From NCBI RefSeq assembly GCF_041146345.1, contig NW_027191414.1, positions 992,001-1,056,000 on the forward strand: a stretch of DNA of 64,000 nt. Reading direction: 5' to 3'. Under the pieces are notes generated by a model. The model saw nothing but the letters and a program-made list of their open reading frames with translations, searched no databases and was not told where the DNA came from. Made by a program: the position numbers and the translations under genes. Source of the stretch: Neodothiora populina. Lineage: Eukaryota. Shown here one piece after another: positions 60,809-64,000 of this stretch. Positions within the stretch are counted from its first letter, which is position 1; every line of letters begins with the position of its first letter.

Positions 60809-61192
60809 AGAGGGGGACGCACGGTAATAGGACAGTCGACTTGGGCATTGTAAAACAGGGAGTTGTGCTTAACGTACGTACAGTGACCGGTCTCGGTCGC
60901 GCCTACGAAAGAAAGAAAGTCGACGACATGCACAAAGCAGTACCCGATCCGGTGACCACGTCTGTCTGTCTGTCTGTCTGTCTGATAACAAGAAAGTGTG
61001 GACGACGAGAATGTCCACGGTCCACAATTATACGCTTGTCACGATTTAGAGTGGCAGCCGAGTGAGCGAGAGGTGTGCAATACTAACACACAATCAGCGT
61101 TCAAAAGATGGACGTGGACGTGAGCGGTGATTTTGTTGGGGAAATGAATAGATGAAAGCACTGTAAATATAATTGTGCCTACTGTATCGTAC

Positions 61193-61201
61193 AGTAGTAG
61201 C

Positions 61202-61242
<41 letters not shown>
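61193..61242 (+). repeat. (AGT)n trinucleotide microsatellite
   Basis: About 13 uninterrupted AGT units from 61202, plus a short interrupted 5' extension. Confidence 0.95.
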
Positions 61243-62715
61243 CTCAAGGTACTAGTAGTACGCAGGTGACGTTTTAACAGTACAGTGAGGCAGAGAGCCA
61301 TACTAGGTAAGCGTGGATACAGTACACGTCCGACAGGCAGGCCGCATTAAAGTCGGGTGGCCACTTTAGCGCCGAGGGAGTGGGCGCCCCCGGTTCGGAG
61401 ACGCATTTTCAGGTGTGATCTTCGTATGGTGATCTTCAATCAACACAGAGACGATCAACCACAAGTTGTACTATTTCCAGGGTCCTTGCGTAGGTAGTGT
61501 TGCCCCCCCCCCCTCCCTCCTCCGAACGCCGACCAGGAAACAGGAAACCCGTTTCCGTCGCGCGCACAGCAGCAGCAGCAGAATAGGAGGGTTGTATAAG
61601 GGCAAATTAAGACTTTTCTTTCCAAGATTTTGACGCAAAAGTCAATATCATCATGTCATCAACAGTAGGGCGCAGGATGGCAAAAGGCAATCAAGCTATT
61701 AATGGAGGGCAGGCAGGGACGACGTTGGTCGGATGATGGATTGATGAATAATGGATCAGGTTGCGGAGGCTCAGCTGCTCAGCTCAGATTCGGATCATCA
61801 TCTTGGGAATCCCAAATCTCGTTCGGATATTCCCCCGTGTACGCGCAGGGCAGGGCGCAAGCGAGCCGGTAGGAGCAGCAGCAGTAGTAATGCGGTCGAT
61901 ATTCGTCAAAATGGGACAAGGCACCACCAGCTGTTGGGCCAGGCGTTTTTCCAATGAACATCATGGGTAAAAAATAGAAACATTAGGCATAAGTGGCACG
62001 CGATATGGGAAAATCATTGTTTATGATGATTGCCTCCGTGATACAGCCATAATATCGCTGCAGTACGGCACTTTGTCGAGGTACAGTACATTAAGGTAAG
62101 TATGGTAGTATGCCTTACGTAGCCGCAGTGAAGATAGAGTACGTACAACAGTACTGTAGAGTGACTCTTATTACGAAGCAATAATAGCCGCGTACTTCTT
62201 AATATTGGTAGTAAAGACAAGACTCGGATGTTGAATGATGTTGAGGAACCGAAGATCTTGTGTGCAAGTAGGTACTGTTGCAAGGTACCGTGATTATTGC
62301 ACAAAGAAGTAAGGTACCTACCTGGCAAAGACAAAGACAGCTGAATTGTTTACCTACATGTAGAAAAGTCAAGATAGATGGTATGCGAACCAATTGTCGC
62401 CTCATCTTGTTCCATGATCATTGCAACGGTTGATGCTGCCCGAAGCAAGAAACGTCGACGTAAGTCCATGGTACCATACTGTAACGTACCTCTACCTAGG
62501 TTCCGCACTCCCTATTGCGAGAACGATGGATGATGTGATGTGCACTGTGATGGGTGATGCTTGGTAATAACAAGGGAGATGCAGGACAAGGGTCCTCGTT
62601 CCAATTCCGGCATGACGCTAGTCGATTGTCCGGTGGAGCAGGACCAGCAGAGTGCGTGAGTGCACAGCTGGCTTCCCTTATTTGGGCGTGGGGCCAAGCG
62701 GGAGAAAAGATGAAT

Positions 62716-62723
62716 TGACGTCA
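62716..62723. promoter_or_regulatory. Perfect CRE palindrome TGACGTCA (ATF/CREB-type site) upstream of the phosphatase-like gene
   Basis: Exact match about 0.9 kb upstream of ATG 63634. Confidence 0.4.
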
Positions 62724-62771
62724 TGCCGCTCCCGTGATGGGTGACGCACGAGTACTTGGTAGAGAGGAAAG

Positions 62772-62801
62772 TGGCAGGCAGGCAGGCAGGCAGGCAGGCA
62801 G
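62772..62801 (+). repeat. (GGCA)n tetranucleotide microsatellite
   Basis: About 7 tandem GGCA units. Confidence 0.9.
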
Positions 62802-63633
62802 CGTGCCAGAAAGCAGAAGCAGGGACCAAAAGTCAACTAATTAAGTCAAAGACAGACGGATTCGAAGGTCTGGAACTCCCGAAGGTCCCACAAACCGTCT
62901 CTACGCCTGCGCCGCCCCGTCGTCTCTACTCTCAGACGCATCCACTTTGTACCTTACCTTATCTTGCTACAGTACACTGCTTTCTCTTCTTGATCATCGT
63001 CTCGTCATCATCATTTGCTGCGCTGCGCATCTGTGTTGCTCACCATAATCGAATCTCCAATCATTAATCATTTTCCTGGGCCGGCTCCGAGACCAGGACC
63101 AGGGAGCGATACCGACCACCTTTTTTTCCGCACTTCGCAGAACCCCATCATCCACCACGCGTGACACACAGACTCCCTCACTTGCGGTACCTGCCTTTGC
63201 TCTACTCTACTTCACTTTACTTCACTCTACTTTTGGAGGAGAAGCCAGTGCAGTGGCAGCCAGATCCGCCGTCCGTGCCACATATACAATTGCAAAACTC
63301 AACACCCATTATTATCTGTACACCTCATTCAATTGCAACATGGCCTTCCTTCCCGTTACGGTCGACAGTCGCATGTCGTGTTAATTGCACATTGCATAAG
63401 CATACCATACAGTAATTGCAGCATAGCAACATAGCCCGGTAGCCTGACCTGCCATAAGATAGTCTCGCCTGCACGCCACCATCTTTCGTCATTCGCCTTT
63501 TCTACTTGCCTACCAGGCAAGCAAGCGATCGCTACAACAGTTGGGACGACGCTGGACTAAAGAATATATATACGTATTCTACTACCACTACTACTACTAC
63601 TACTTGATATCTCGCCTCTCACGTGTGCCACGC

Positions 63634-64000
63634 ATGCCTGGAATGAGTGCTGCCACAACCTCGTCGAGGTATCCACAGACACCGGCGCCGAGAACGTCGA
63701 GCACACCCACAGGCCGACCGCCAACGAGTTCGTCTGCACAAAACATGCCGCCTCTGCTACATTCACCGCTACCGACTGCGGGCGCTCGCACGCCTAGTCC
63801 CAACTACTTTGCATTCACCTCGATGGACGAATCATTCGACTCGGACACGAATAGTGGTCAACACAGGAGGAAGAACTGGAGCCCGCCGTCATCGACTGTG
63901 CGCTCCACCGCTGCATATTCGCCCACCGTTGTCCCTGTTGACCAGAACCCCGACTTTGACGCCTTTAGGAGACAGTCGGAAGGAAAGGTCTTCAACCTGG
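63634..64000 (+). CDS. 5' part of a probable Pyp1/Ptp2-3-type protein tyrosine phosphatase (truncated by window end)
   Basis: Open frame from ATG 63634 to the window end: ...RTPSPNYF...NWSPPSSTVRSTAA...DQNPDFDAFRRQSE..FNL. This resembles N-termini of filamentous-fungal MAPK tyrosine phosphatases; the catalytic domain is not in the window. Confidence 0.6.
   Translation, partial: MPGMSAATTSSRYPQTPAPRTSSTPTGRPPTSSSAQNMPPLLHSPLPTAGARTPSPNYFAFTSMDESFDSDTNSGQHRRKNWSPPSSTVRSTAAYSPTVVPVDQNPDFDAFRRQSEGKVFNL

Overview
Gene-dense, intron-containing nuclear DNA from a filamentous ascomycete (Pezizomycotina; a black-yeast/Eurotiomycete-like origin is only a guess). It shows GT-AG introns with CTRAC/CTAAT branch points and no prokaryotic features. 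About 21 mostly housekeeping genes can be modelled, in order: fungal TACC/Slk19-domain protein, Cid1-family terminal nucleotidyltransferase, TFIIF alpha, the UPR bZIP factor HacA (with a 20-nt Ire1-type intron), an ARM-repeat SmgGDS-like protein, a 3-exon DPM3 missing from the ORF track, a hypothetical protein, glucosidase II beta, a large disordered conserved protein, Brl1/Brr6, Arp6, a GCIP-domain protein, a GPI-anchored CFEM protein, an S10 serine carboxypeptidase, divergent FAS2/FAS1, a 3-exon orphan gene, a TMEM135-like protein, Vip1-like RRM protein, Rpt6, and the truncated 5' end of a probable Pyp/Ptp tyrosine phosphatase. The only accessory-looking stretch is about 51.1-54.4 kb: an apparently RIP-degraded relic plus an orphan gene. 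I found no clearly new biological system. The best signals are the hacA dual-frame switch and its leader, a probable uridylyltransferase specificity residue, the RIP relic and a loose ER/lipid gene neighbourhood. Family assignments come from motif recall, not database searches.
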